Shown: positions 19,216 through 29,501, counted from the stretch's first letter. The stretch is DNA of 64,000 nucleotides from Candidatus Portnoybacteria bacterium (GCA_028688325.1 JAQTYI010000001.1:302620-366619); one strand, 5' to 3'. The notes: generated by a model from the sequence alone, not told the origin. A program made the numbers and translations.

Positions 19216-19307
19216 ACAATATATATAATTTTGGCTTATTGTAGCTAAAAAAATCGGTTAGCAGCTTAAAAATATTTTATAACATTTCCCGAAAGGAGGG
19301 GTTGGTG

Positions 19308-19973
19308 ATGAAGCTGAAAACAAGGGAGGAACTGGCGGGAGCTTTGGTAGGTATCGGGGCCGCCGTCATAATCGTGATGGCAATCGTGCTATCGGGCTGC
19401 GGCGCTCCGCGGCATGTCGCGCAAATGGAAATTTCGCGCAATGCGGCGGTGAATAACCAACAAATGCGGGCCGGAAGTTTGTTCTTGGATGTCAATCCGC
19501 ATACCTGCACCTGGGTGGTGGATCGCATCTATCGCGGTTATCTTCCTCGCGAGCAAGCGATTGGCAATGTGAACGGGCTGACGGTGTTTTATAACGACTA
19601 TCTCTACAAGATAGAATTAACAAACGCCGTCACCTATAACCAAGAGAATGGTTCGCTTGCTCCGAATGTCGCTCGGGTTATTTTAGAACCAGACACTACT
19701 TACACGGTGGTGCGTTATGTGGGCTCGGGACAATGGATATTTCATCGGGATTATAATTTGCAAATTCTCTATTTCAGTACGGATTCCAATGCTGCTCGCC
19801 AGTATTGGACAAATAAGTTCGGGGCGTCGGAATTCGCCAATATTGTAAGTATTGCTGTTGGCAGCGAAACGCCGTCTTTCAGTTCCCTGGATTTGCATTT
19901 TCAGGTTAGCGGCACAGAAATTGGCAGAAAAATTGTCGGTTCGGCGGTGGAAATTGTCGGAAGAGGGAGGTAG
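19308..19973 (+). CDS. Lipoprotein, function unknown
   Basis: Shine-Dalgarno sequence AAAGGAGG. Signal peptide with lipobox LSGC. Higher GC than the neighbouring sequence. Confidence 0.6.
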   Translation: MKLKTREELAGALVGIGAAVIIVMAIVLSGCGAPRHVAQMEISRNAAVNNQQMRAGSLFLDVNPHTCTWVVDRIYRGYLPREQAIGNVNGLTVFYNDYLYKIELTNAVTYNQENGSLAPNVARVILEPDTTYTVVRYVGSGQWIFHRDYNLQILYFSTDSNAARQYWTNKFGASEFANIVSIAVGSETPSFSSLDLHFQVSGTEIGRKIVGSAVEIVGRGR

Positions 19974-19975
19974 CT

Positions 19976-20422
19976 ATGAAAAAAATCGTTTTTTGCCTTC
20001 TGGCCGGCCTGTTTATCGCGGGTTGCACCACAGTTCACTATGTGCGCGATTTGCGCCAGTTTCCAACCTATAGGTTGGGGCTGGTGCAAATTGACTGGAT
20101 GGATCCGAATCTCCGCGTAGACATTTGGATAAATTCCCGGCCGCCCGACAACCCGTCTTTCACTCTTTTGCCGGGATGGCAAAAGGAATGGGAGGCAAGA
20201 TCCGATGAAGAGGTCTCGGTCTACGCGAAAGCGTGGATATGGGACAAGGGTCGGAAGCTGGTTGTGGGGGAAACGAAGAACCCTATATGCGTTGCGGTCT
20301 CCAAAGCGCGCAACTGGGATGGCTATGGCTGGCAGATATGGTTGGGCGCTTCGGACTTCGGTCTGGAAAACAACCGTTTTATCGCCAATCAGACCTTCGA
20401 TTTTCGCTATTTCATTTGGTAG
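19976..20422 (+). CDS. Lipoprotein, function unknown
   Basis: Signal peptide with lipobox IAGC. Translationally coupled to the upstream lipoprotein gene. Confidence 0.6.
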   Translation: MKKIVFCLLAGLFIAGCTTVHYVRDLRQFPTYRLGLVQIDWMDPNLRVDIWINSRPPDNPSFTLLPGWQKEWEARSDEEVSVYAKAWIWDKGRKLVVGETKNPICVAVSKARNWDGYGWQIWLGASDFGLENNRFIANQTFDFRYFIW

Positions 20423-20443
20423 AAGCAGCCGTTCTTTATTTAG

Positions 20444-20481
20444 GCGCCGGGCCGGAACAATAAGTTCCTGCCCGGTTTTTT
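20444..20481 (+). terminator. Intrinsic terminator
   Basis: GCCGGGCCGGAAC-AATAA-GTTCCTGCCCGG, then TTTTTTTATTT. Confidence 0.65.
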
Positions 20482-20591
20482 TATTTGTTCACGAATAAAA
20501 ATGCTATACTATATAATAAAAGATATGTCGTTTAAATGTCAGTTAAAGCGTTGCACCCCCCTTGTAAAGGGGGGTGAGGGGGGTTAAAATC

Positions 20592-20873
20592 ATGTTTACG
20601 CAAGCTATAAAATTTATTCCTTACAATAAAAATTTAAGCGATAAAGCCGGTAAGTTAAGAAGCCATATGACAGCCGCCGAAAAGAAGTTGTGGTTCAATT
20701 TTCTGCGCGGATACAGATATCGGTTCGTCCGTCAAAAAGTCGTCGCGAACTATATTCTCGATTTTTATTGCCAAAAATTAAAATTGGGCGTTGAAATTGA
20801 CGGAGATTCGCATATTGGAGATAGCAATGAAGTTACGCAAATCATTGATGGGAAGGTAAACGAACAAATATAA
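20592..20873 (+). CDS. DUF559 endonuclease-domain protein (Vsr/restriction-endonuclease-like fold)
   Basis: AEKKLWFNFLRG...YRFVRQKVV...YILDFYCQKLKLGVEIDGDSH. Flanked on both sides by family-2 repeats. Confidence 0.6.
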   Translation: MFTQAIKFIPYNKNLSDKAGKLRSHMTAAEKKLWFNFLRGYRYRFVRQKVVANYILDFYCQKLKLGVEIDGDSHIGDSNEVTQIIDGKVNEQI

Positions 20874-20909
20874 CCCCCAGCCCCCCTTTGCGCAAGGGGG
20901 CCAAAAAAT

Positions 20910-21413
20910 ATGGATTTTATCACAAAAAACGCCGGCGAAACCCAATTGCTATCCGGTAAAATTTTAAAAGAATTAATGGCGCAACGGCGCCGCGTGGCGA
21001 GCGAAGCGAGTTTTACTCGGGGTGCGCTGGTTTTGGCGTTGCAAGGCGAGCTTGGCGCTGGTAAGACGACTTTTATCCAGGGTTTGGCGCAAGCACTGGG
21101 CATAAAAGAAAAGATATTGAGCCCGACATTCGTGATAATGAAACATTTTAAAATAGCGGCTAGCGACTGGCGCCCCTCGACTTCGCTCGGGGTAAAATTT
21201 AAGAATTTTTACCACATGGATTGTTATCGTCTGGAGGGCGGTAAGGACTTGGAAGCTTTTAATTTTAAAGAAATTTTAAAGAACAAAAATAACTTAGTGG
21301 TCATCGAATGGGCCGAACGCGTAAAAGATATCTTGCCCGAAGATACGATCTGGCTGGAATTTGAACACGGAGGAGAAGATATACGGAAAATCCTAATGAC
21401 TAATGACAAATGA
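20910..21413 (+). CDS. tsaE: tRNA threonylcarbamoyladenosine biosynthesis ATPase TsaE
   Basis: P-loop GELGAGKTTFIQG, SPTFV and HMDCYRL motifs. Carries an in-frame PSTSLG mini-repeat insertion. Confidence 0.8.
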   Translation: MDFITKNAGETQLLSGKILKELMAQRRRVASEASFTRGALVLALQGELGAGKTTFIQGLAQALGIKEKILSPTFVIMKHFKIAASDWRPSTSLGVKFKNFYHMDCYRLEGGKDLEAFNFKEILKNKNNLVVIEWAERVKDILPEDTIWLEFEHGGEDIRKILMTNDK

Positions 21414-21530
21414 CAAATCAATGTCAAAGCTCAGAATCCAAAAGAATTAATTTTTGACATTTGGATTTGGGATTTGATTGGTCATTGGAAATTGGTCATT
21501 TGAAAGTTAAGATAAGATGGGATTATAAAA
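21395..21530. repeat. Family-4 AT-rich repeat array upstream of polA
   Basis: AATGACAAATGACAAAT ... TTGGTCATTGGAAATTGGTCATTTG. Confidence 0.6.
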
Positions 21531-21546
21531 ACAGATTAATTAGTAA

Positions 21547-23883
21547 ATGCTCAAAAAACCTGAACAGAAAACCCTGGTTCTTATAGATGGCCACGCTTTG
21601 GTCCATCGCGCCTATCACGCCTTGCCGCCGTTAAATACGGGCAAAGGGGAATTGGTGAACGCGGTTTTCGGGTTTTCTTCGATTTTGTTGAGGGTGCTGA
21701 AAGATTTGTCGCCCGACTATATCGCGGCGACTTTCGATTTGCCCGGCCCGACTTTCCGGCACAAGGAATTTGAGGAATATAAGGCCACGCGTGTCAAAGC
21801 GCCCGATGAGCTCTACGCGCAGATCAAACGCGTGAAAGATGTTTTGGCGGCTTTCAATGTTCCGGTTTTTGAAAAAGCGGGCTATGAGGCCGACGATCTT
21901 TTGGGAACGATCGTACACCAACTAAGAACTAACCTCTCGACTGCGCTCGGGATAAAAAAACATCAACTAAAAACCGTTATCGTGACGGGGGACCTTGATA
22001 CTCTGCAGTTGGTTGATAAAAACACCAGCATTTACACTCTGAAAAAAGGCGTGAAAGACACGATGGTGTATGGCGAGGCGGAGGTCAAAGAGAGGTTCGG
22101 CGGTCTTTTGCCCGAACAAATGAACGACTATAAGGGGCTGAAGGGCGACCCATCCGACAATATTCCGGGCGTGCCGGGAATTGGCGACAAGACCGCGATA
22201 CAGCTGTTGAAAGAATATGGGAATTTGGAAAATTTATATAAGCAGATAGAAAAACAAATAGGCAACCCTTCGACTTCCCTCGATAAATCTCGGGATAAAC
22301 CGCTCAGGGTAAATTCCAAAAAGCTTTTGGAAAAGCTTTTGGAATTTAAAGAACAGGCGATGTTCAGCAAATATCTGGCCACCATCAAACAGGACGCGCC
22401 GATAAAATTCAAGTTGAAGGACGCGCTGACGCGGGATTTTAACAAAGATGAGGTTGTGAAAATTTTCAAGGACCTGGGTTTTTATTCGCTGGTTAACCGT
22501 TTGCCGGAATTCGACAAAAATGGGCAAATTAAAAAAGCCGAGCCGATAAAATCGGCCGAAACAAAGAAGAAAGACAACTCTCAGCTGCCGATGGATCTAG
22601 CGCCCAGCGTTGCCGAAAAAATAGAGCAGGCGCGCGAGCAAGGCGTTTTGTCGGAGAAGGTCTATCAGTTGGAAAAGGATCTGGCGCCGATCATCGCGCA
22701 AATGGAAAAAAACGGCATTAAACTCGATATCGCGTATCTGAAAAAGCTCAGCCAGCGTGTTGACGGCGAGCTGGCATCGCTGGAAAAGGAGATCGTGGAA
22801 TTGGCCGGCGAAGAATTTAATGTTAATTCGCCCCAACAATTATCCCAGATATTATTTGTTAAGCTTGGTTTGCAGGTGAAGGGCTTGAAAAAGACGCCCG
22901 GCAAAGTGATTTCCACCGCGGCCTCGGAATTGGAAAAAATGCGCGGCCAGCATAAAATTATTGATTTGATAATCAGATACCGGGAGCTGGCTAAGCTGAA
23001 AAATACCTATATTGACGCCTTGCCGCTGTTGGTGGCGCCCGATGGCCGCTTGCACACAAGCTATGATTCTTTAGGCACGACCACGGGGCGTCTGTCTTCC
23101 AAAAATCCCAATCTGCAGAATATTCCCATTCGCACTGAGCTTGGCAATGAGATACGCAAGGCGTTCGTGGCAGCCGACGGCTGTAAACTCTTGTCAGCCG
23201 ATTATTCGCAAATTGAACTGCGCGTGGTGGCGCATCTGGCCAACGACAAGGAAATGATAAGGGTTTTCAAAGAGGGCAAGGATATTCATACCGCCACGGC
23301 CGCGGAGGTTCTGGGAATCAAAGAATTGGAAGTGGATAAAGACAGCCGGCGCATGGCCAAAGTTTTAAATTTTGGCGTCATCTACGGCATGAGCATTCAT
23401 GGGTTTGCGCAAGCGGCCGGGGTTGATGTGGCGCGCGCCAAGGAATTTATCAAAAAATATTTTGCCGAGTTTGCCGGCGTGGCCAGATTCATAGAAAAGA
23501 CCAAAAAAAATGCGGCGCACGATTTGTTTGTGCAAACGCTTTTTGGCCGCAAGCGCCTCATTCCGGAAATAAATTCTTCCGCCTGGAATCTGCGCCAAGC
23601 CGCCGAGCGCATGGCGATAAATATGCCGGTTCAGGGTACGGCCGCGGATCTGTTAAAAATGGCGATGGTGAGCATAGCCAAGAGCGAATGGCTTATGGCC
23701 AATAGCAAGATGTTGCTTCAGGTGCACGATGAATTGATTTTTGAAGTGGCGGACGACAAAGTCAAAAAAACGGCGGAAGAAATTAAGAAAATAATGGAAA
23801 ACATTTATCAACTGTCCGTGCCGCTGGCGGTGGATATCGAGGCGGGGGATAATTGGGGAGAACTCGTCCGTTTAATTTTTTAA
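21547..23883 (+). CDS. polA: DNA polymerase I (5'-3' exonuclease plus polymerase domains)
   Basis: 5'-nuclease N-terminus. Polymerase motifs A (DYSQIELR), B (RRMAKVLNFGVIYG) and C (VHDELIFE). 778 aa. Two in-frame mini-repeat insertions (…LSTALGIKKH…, …STSLDKSRDK…). Confidence 0.95.
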   Translation: MLKKPEQKTLVLIDGHALVHRAYHALPPLNTGKGELVNAVFGFSSILLRVLKDLSPDYIAATFDLPGPTFRHKEFEEYKATRVKAPDELYAQIKRVKDVLAAFNVPVFEKAGYEADDLLGTIVHQLRTNLSTALGIKKHQLKTVIVTGDLDTLQLVDKNTSIYTLKKGVKDTMVYGEAEVKERFGGLLPEQMNDYKGLKGDPSDNIPGVPGIGDKTAIQLLKEYGNLENLYKQIEKQIGNPSTSLDKSRDKPLRVNSKKLLEKLLEFKEQAMFSKYLATIKQDAPIKFKLKDALTRDFNKDEVVKIFKDLGFYSLVNRLPEFDKNGQIKKAEPIKSAETKKKDNSQLPMDLAPSVAEKIEQAREQGVLSEKVYQLEKDLAPIIAQMEKNGIKLDIAYLKKLSQRVDGELASLEKEIVELAGEEFNVNSPQQLSQILFVKLGLQVKGLKKTPGKVISTAASELEKMRGQHKIIDLIIRYRELAKLKNTYIDALPLLVAPDGRLHTSYDSLGTTTGRLSSKNPNLQNIPIRTELGNEIRKAFVAADGCKLLSADYSQIELRVVAHLANDKEMIRVFKEGKDIHTATAAEVLGIKELEVDKDSRRMAKVLNFGVIYGMSIHGFAQAAGVDVARAKEFIKKYFAEFAGVARFIEKTKKNAAHDLFVQTLFGRKRLIPEINSSAWNLRQAAERMAINMPVQGTAADLLKMAMVSIAKSEWLMANSKMLLQVHDELIFEVADDKVKKTAEEIKKIMENIYQLSVPLAVDIEAGDNWGELVRLIF

Positions 23884-23897
23884 GAATAATTTTTAGT

Positions 23898-24932
23898 ATG
23901 AAACGATTCTTACCTATAATTTTACTGATAATATTGCTGGGCATTGGCGGCTATTATATTTCCCGCAGCCATGGGAATGTGATAGATATTTCTGGCAATC
24001 AATCCGGCGCCAAGACCGCTTCCTTGGAAGAAGAAGCAAAGTTGCCCGTAAGCCCCATCAGCGGCTTGCCCTGTGCCAACGCGCAAAGCCGGCCCATTGC
24101 CGTAATGCTGGCGGGCGACGCTGTGACGCGGCCGTTGTCGGGCCTGTCGGAGGCAGACCTGGTTTTTAATATGCCGGTCATCACCGACAGTATGACGCGC
24201 TTGTTGGCGGTTTTTGTTTGCAATTCGCCAAAAGAGATCGGTTCGGTGCGTTCAACTCGTCACGATTTTATTCCTCTGGCTATGGGATTGAACGCTATTT
24301 TGGCCCATTGGGGCGGCTCGCATTTTGCTTTGGATAAACTGGACAAAGGAATTATGGATAATATTGATGCGTTGAAAAATACCGATAATGCATATTTTCG
24401 CAAATCGGGGATTGCTTCGCCCCATAACGGATTTACCTCATACGGCCGCTTGCTTGATGCGGCCAGGCAGTTGGGTTACCGCCTGGATGGAAAATTCAGC
24501 GGCTATTTGCATTTACCGGAATCCGCGTTATCCGCAACCGGCGAAGCCAAAATATTGGCGATTGGCTATCCGGGCGCCTTTGAGGTTAAATATGCTTATG
24601 ACCCGGCCAGTAATTCTTATTTGCGCTGGCGGGGCGGTCTTAAAGAAGTGGACAGAAACAATAGTCAGCAGGTAGCGGCTAAAAATGTGGCGGTGATGAT
24701 TGCCGAATCGCATCAGATCGAAGGGCAATACAACGATGTGGCGGTCGAGGGCTCGGGCAAGGCGCAAATTTACCGCAACGGGGAAGAAATCTTGGGTACC
24801 TGGAAAAAAAGCGCGGCAAGCCAAGATAGCAAATTATATTTCTACGACAACGCCGGCAATGAAATAAAATTCGTTCCCGGCCAGATCTGGATCGAGGTGG
24901 TACAGACGAATCAGGCGATAACTTACAAATAA
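23898..24932 (+). CDS. DUF3048 (YerB-like) secreted or lipid-anchored protein
   Basis: N-terminal transmembrane or signal segment. RPIAVMLAGD...ADLVFNMPV resembles DUF3048. Confidence 0.55.
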   Translation: MKRFLPIILLIILLGIGGYYISRSHGNVIDISGNQSGAKTASLEEEAKLPVSPISGLPCANAQSRPIAVMLAGDAVTRPLSGLSEADLVFNMPVITDSMTRLLAVFVCNSPKEIGSVRSTRHDFIPLAMGLNAILAHWGGSHFALDKLDKGIMDNIDALKNTDNAYFRKSGIASPHNGFTSYGRLLDAARQLGYRLDGKFSGYLHLPESALSATGEAKILAIGYPGAFEVKYAYDPASNSYLRWRGGLKEVDRNNSQQVAAKNVAVMIAESHQIEGQYNDVAVEGSGKAQIYRNGEEILGTWKKSAASQDSKLYFYDNAGNEIKFVPGQIWIEVVQTNQAITYK

Positions 24933-25095
24933 ATAATCGCTCGGACTTCCTTTCTGAAAACATAAAATTTCCCCAGCCAGGAAATTTTATTCGCTCAGTT
25001 TTATTCGCTCTCCGCCCCGGGCGGAACCATGCCCGCTCACAAAACTGAGCGTTTCAGAAAGTAAATCCTCGCTCCCGGTCTAATTAAAATTTTAT

Positions 25096-26091
25096 ATGGT
25101 TTTCTTCTTTTACGGCGTGGACGGCTATCGCATCCGCCAAAAAACCAACAGCGTGATAGAGGGCTACAAAGCCAAACATAAAAGCGGCCTTAATTTCGGC
25201 CGGTTTGATTTTGGCGAGCCGGAAACACTTGATAGATTCAAAAACTTTATTGATTCCTACTCGATGTTTGCGGAAAAAAAACTGGCTATCGCCGAAAATC
25301 TGTTCACGGCGGGAAAAGATATTCGGGAGAAGTTTTTAGAGTATCTAAAAAAGAGCGATGTTTCAAAAAACGACGATAAATTCTTGGTTGTGGCGCAGGA
25401 ACTGGCGCCGGCGGAAGACAAGCGAAGCAAGCAAAAATATGTTCTGAAAAACAGCCAAGAATTGTTTAAAGCACTAGTAAATAAAAATATAAAATCAGAG
25501 GAGTTTGACTATCTGGCCGGCGCCAAGTTAGAAGCGTGGATAAAAAAAGAAGCCGAATTGGCCGGCGCCAAGATAAGCGCGGGGGCCGTCAAAAAGCTGG
25601 CCATATTTGTCGGCCCCGATCTTTGGCAAATGAAAAATGAGACAGATAAATTAGTTTCTTTTGCCAACGGGGAGACAATTAACGAAGCAATGATCGAGGA
25701 GTTGGTTAAGGCCAGAATAGAAAACGATATTTTCAAGACCATCGACGCTTTGGCCCAGCGCAACAAGCAGGCGGCTTTAACTTTTTTGCACCGCCATTTG
25801 GCCGAGGGGGAGTCGGAAATTTATCTGCTTTCTATGCTGGTTTATCAATTCCGTAATTTGCTGCTGGTTAAAAGCGAGATTGAACGCGGGATGCAATTTC
25901 AGGCCCTGGCTAAGACCATAAAAATGCATCCGTTCGTGCTGCGCAAAAGTTTTGAGCAAGGCAGAGGGTTTACTTTGCAGGCGCTTAAAAAGATCTACGA
26001 GCGGCTGTTGGAACTTGATTGTGCCATCAAATCCGGCCGCATCGAACCGCAGGTAGCGTTGGATCTGGTGGTGGGGGAGATTGCAGGATAG
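25096..26091 (+). CDS. holA: DNA polymerase III delta subunit
   Basis: HolA N-terminal pattern MVFFFYGVDGYRI. 331 aa. Confidence 0.75.
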   Translation: MVFFFYGVDGYRIRQKTNSVIEGYKAKHKSGLNFGRFDFGEPETLDRFKNFIDSYSMFAEKKLAIAENLFTAGKDIREKFLEYLKKSDVSKNDDKFLVVAQELAPAEDKRSKQKYVLKNSQELFKALVNKNIKSEEFDYLAGAKLEAWIKKEAELAGAKISAGAVKKLAIFVGPDLWQMKNETDKLVSFANGETINEAMIEELVKARIENDIFKTIDALAQRNKQAALTFLHRHLAEGESEIYLLSMLVYQFRNLLLVKSEIERGMQFQALAKTIKMHPFVLRKSFEQGRGFTLQALKKIYERLLELDCAIKSGRIEPQVALDLVVGEIAG

Positions 26092-26160
26092 TTTTTAACT
26101 AAATTTTTACTTTATTTCTATACTATTGACAAGGGTATCAAAAGCGTCAATAATTCAATT

Positions 26161-26490
26161 ATGAGTATGATAAAAATGGTTAAAGATTGGCTTATAAGGG
26201 CTCTTTGGGGTAAAAATGTAATTCCTAGGGGCCTATTTGATTTGGGCCAGTATTTTAGGGGATTTGGCCCTATTGTTTTTAGGCACGAAAAAGGAGAAGA
26301 CGGCTCTATTATTGCTATCAGCACTAATTTTAGATACGGATCCATAGTGACATCTGGTAGGGACGAAAAAGAGTTAGACAAGAATATTAAGGACGCGATA
26401 TTAACTTCTTTTAAGGTGCCGTCTTCTTATGCAAAAGAAGCTAAAATTATAAGAACGGACGAAAAGAAAAAAGAGTATGCCCTCGCGTAG
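26161..26490 (+). CDS. hicB: HicB-like antitoxin (UPF0150 / RNase H-like fold)
   Basis: PIVFRHEKGEDGSIIAISTNFRYGSIVTSGRDEKELDKNIKDAIL. Low-GC pair with the hicA-like gene. Confidence 0.5.
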   Translation: MSMIKMVKDWLIRALWGKNVIPRGLFDLGQYFRGFGPIVFRHEKGEDGSIIAISTNFRYGSIVTSGRDEKELDKNIKDAILTSFKVPSSYAKEAKIIRTDEKKKEYALA

Positions 26491-26722
26491 CGAATTACCG
26501 GGTGAGATTAAAAGAAAAAAATTTATTAGAGCGCTTATACGGCTTGGTTTCGAAATTGATAAAGGCGGTGGAGATGGTAGCCATTACTTGGCAATTTGGA
26601 GAAAAACTCAAAAATCAGTCACTATTCAATGTAAATTGAGAAAAGATGTCTTGTATTACTTGCTTAAAGAAATTGAATCGTATACTGGTTTAACCTGGGA
26701 TGATATAAAAAAGGAACTATAA
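26477..26722 (+). CDS. hicA: HicA-like mRNA interferase toxin
   Basis: KRKKFIRALIRLGFEIDKGGGDGSHYLAIWRK, the HicA GSH motif. 81 aa. Confidence 0.6.
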   Translation: MPSRSELPGEIKRKKFIRALIRLGFEIDKGGGDGSHYLAIWRKTQKSVTIQCKLRKDVLYYLLKEIESYTGLTWDDIKKEL

Positions 26723-26724
26723 AA

Positions 26725-26752
26725 CCCCCGCTTTTGGCGGGGGTTTTTCGTC
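26725..26752. terminator. Bidirectional terminator
   Basis: AAACCCCCGC-TTTTG-GCGGGGGTTTTT between hicA (+) and rpsT (-). Confidence 0.75.
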
Positions 26753-26769
26753 CGGATCTACAAAGTAAA

Positions 26770-27027
26770 TTACTTGTTCAGCGCTTTCATCAGTCGGGAT
26801 TTTTTCCGAGCAGCGGCGTTCTTTTTAATAACGCCTCGTTTGGCCGCTTTATCGATGGCCTGATAAGCAACGGAAATCATTTTTTTAGCTTCGTCTTTCT
26901 TGCCGGCCAGCATCAATTTGCTGATTTGTTTGAGTGCGTCTTTCATTGTCTTTTGCCGCTTCACATTCAAAACGCGGCGTCTCTTGGCCTTGCGCAGTTC
27001 TTTCTTGGCTGATTCTTTGATTGGCAT
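26770..27027 (-). CDS. rpsT: 30S ribosomal protein S20
   Basis: MPIKESAKKELRKAKRRRVLNVKRQ... The 5' extension in the ORF track is a translation of the MITE terminal repeat. Confidence 0.85.
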   Translation of the reverse strand: MPIKESAKKELRKAKRRRVLNVKRQKTMKDALKQISKLMLAGKKDEAKKMISVAYQAIDKAAKRGVIKKNAAARKKSRLMKALNK

Positions 27028-27161
27028 ACCAGGTAGTAGAAATTCGGCTATATTCATAAATCCAGCGGATCTAATCAATCTTACCGATTTCTATGGTTTT
27101 ATAAAATTTTGTCAGACAATGATAATTTAGCTAAACAGCCGAATTTTCACTACCTGGCATG
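27025..27161. mobile_element. MITE copy c1
   Basis: CATACCAGGTAGTAGAAATTCGGC ... GCCGAATTTTCACTACCTGGCATG. The left repeat donates or abuts the rpsT ATG. Confidence 0.8.
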
Positions 27162-27240
27162 GTTTGGTTGTTGATTTATAATTATTTGTTTTCGGTTCAG
27201 AGGTTGAATAGAATATAGCAGATAAATTACTTTTTGGCAA

Positions 27241-27310
27241 GCCAGGAAGTGAAAATTCGGCAGTGACTTAATTTGCCGCCATGGCGGCAGCCGAATTTCT
27301 ACTTCCTGGC
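27241..27310. mobile_element. Mini-MITE copy c2 (two terminal repeats around a 26-bp palindromic core)
   Basis: GCCAGGAAGTGAAAATTCGGCAG / GCCGAATTTCTACTTCCTGGC. The right repeat encodes the last codons ARK and the TAG stop of uvrB. Confidence 0.75.
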
Positions 27311-29453
27311 AAGTTTTTTTAATTTGTCTATTTCTTCTTTCAGCCGCATGGACTCATCAAATTGCAGATTGCGGTTGGCCAGGTCCATTTTAAATTGCAG
27401 TTCGCGGATATATTCTTTGAGATAGTTCGTGTCCTCCGAAGCTTTAGCGAAGGAGGATCTGCCGGTTTTCACTTCCGCCAGAACTTCCACAATGCTTGCT
27501 CGAATATCCTTAGTTATGGCTTGTGGCGAGATGCGATGTTTTTTATTGTATTCTTCCTGTGTCTGGCGGCGGCGGTTGGTTTCATTGATGGCGCGGCGCA
27601 TCGATTGGGTTACCTTATCTGCATACAAGATTGCCTGGCCATCAAGGTGGCGCGAAGCGCGACCGATGGTCTGGATAAGAGTGGTTTCATTGCGCAAAAA
27701 TCCCTCTTTGTCCGCGTCCAGAATCGCCACGAGCGAAACTTCGGGCAAGTCCAGCCCTTCGCGCAAAAGATTTATGCCGACCAACACATCAAATTCTCCT
27801 TGGCGCAATTTTTTCAAGATTTCCGGCCTCTCCAGCGTCTTGACCTCTGAGTGCAGGTAAGCCGTCTTGATCTTTTCTTCTGTCAGATATTCGGCCAGAT
27901 CCTCGGCCATTCTTTTGGTGAGAGTCGTTACCAGCACCCGCTGTTTTTTTGCCACGCGTTTTTTGATCTCTTTAATGAGATCGGGGATCTGGTTCTGGCT
28001 GGGGCGGACATCGATTTTCGGGTCCAAAAGCCCCGTCGGACGGATGAGTTGTTCAATCACATATTTATTTGTCATCCCGGGTCACCCGCCTCGCCCGACG
28101 AGCGTGCGAGTCGAGGCGGGTGACCCGGGATCCAGATTTGGAAATTTGGGCCTGGATTCCCGCTTCCAGTTTACCCCGCACTTGATGCGGGGCGGGAATG
28201 ACAGAAGAGAAAGGTTTACAATTCACGGCTTGTGTTTTGGCGGTCTCGTATTTCCCCGGCGTGGCGGAGGTATAAATAACCTGGCTTATCTTTTTTTCAA
28301 ATTCCGGGAATTTCAGCGGCCGGTTATCCAGGGCGCTGGGCAAGCGGAAGCCAAAATCAATGAGCGTTTGTTTGCGCGAACGGTCGCCTTCATACATCGC
28401 GCCGATCTGGGGCACGCTCATATGCGACTCATCAATTATCATCAAGAAATCATTCGGATAATAATCCAGCAGGGTGGAGGGGGCGGTGCCGCCTTGGCGC
28501 AGTTCCAGGTGCCGGGAATAATTTTCAATGCCGTGGCAATAGCCGACTTCTTTTAACATTTCCAAATCATAATTGGTGCGCCGGCTCAGGCGCTCGGCTT
28601 CCAAACTTTTGCCATCTTTCCCCAATCTTTTTAATTGTTCGTCCAGTTCGGCACGGATGTTGGCGATGGACGCGTCTATTTTTTTCTGCGGCGAAACCCA
28701 AAATTTCGCCGGATATATCCTGGCGGAATTTATTTGCTCATCTTGTCCGGCAAAGATGTCTTTTAAGGATCGCAGGGGCTTTGCGCTGATGCGGGTTATT
28801 TTATGGGCTTCAAATTCGGCCTTAATTGTCAACTCGCCCGTGGCCAGCCATATCTCAACGATGTTGCCGCGCACCCGGTATGTGCTGCGTTTAAAATCAA
28901 TATCGGAGCGAGTATATTGCAATGCGGCCAGCTGGCGCAAAAAAACTTGCCGGGAAATTTCTTGGCCTTGTTTTATCTCCACGCTCAATCCCTGATAGTC
29001 ACCGGGCGAGCCGATGTTGTAGATGCAGGAAACCGACGCCACCACGATAGCGTCTTCGCGCGTCAGCAAAGATTGCGTGGCGGCATGGCGCAGCCGGTCC
29101 AGCTCCTCGTTTATCTTGGCGTCTTTTTGTATGTAGGTGTCAGTGGTGGGAATATATGCTTCCGGCTGGTAGTAGTCATAATAGGAGACGAAATAGTTTA
29201 CGGAATTATTTGGAAAGAATTCTTTGAATTCCTGGTATAATTGCGCGGCCAAGGTTTTGTTGTGAGAAATTATCAGCGTGGGCTTTTGCACTTTTTCAAT
29301 GACATTGGCCATAGTGAAAGTTTTGCCGCTGCCGGTCACGCCCAAAAGCACCTGGTGCTTGGCGCCGGCGTTCAGATTTTTGACTAATTTATTTATGGCG
29401 TTCGGCTGGTCGCCTGTCGGCTTGTATGGGGCGTGGATTTTGAATTGCGGCAT
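27299..29453 (-). CDS. uvrB: Excinuclease ABC subunit B (UvrB). Reading frame broken by a roughly 140-bp family-1 repeat at about 28068-28207, leaving two overlapping ORFs (27299-28075 and 28065-29453). Possible pseudogene or sequencing frameshift
   Basis: N-terminal ORF has helicase motifs [10 protein letters not shown] and DESH plus the beta-hairpin region. C-terminal ORF resumes at [13 protein letters not shown] and ends with the UvrB C-terminal coiled coil. The N-terminal ORF reads through the repeat and stops in a different frame. Confidence 0.8.
28068..28207. repeat. Family-1 repeat inserted inside uvrB
   Basis: TTGTCATCCCGGGTCACCCGCC...CCCGCACTTGATGCGGGGCGGGAATGACAGAAG. About 140 bp, not a multiple of three. 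Confidence 0.8.
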
Positions 29454-29501
29454 AACGATTGAAAAAAGGGGGACGGTAGAGTAATATTAAATCAATGCTT
29501 T

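Noticed and set aside
19130-19230. Outward-reading ATG-initiated ORF (32 aa) leaving the right end of MITE copy b
   Set aside because: Runs into a strong promoter and has no conservation signal. Likely non-coding.
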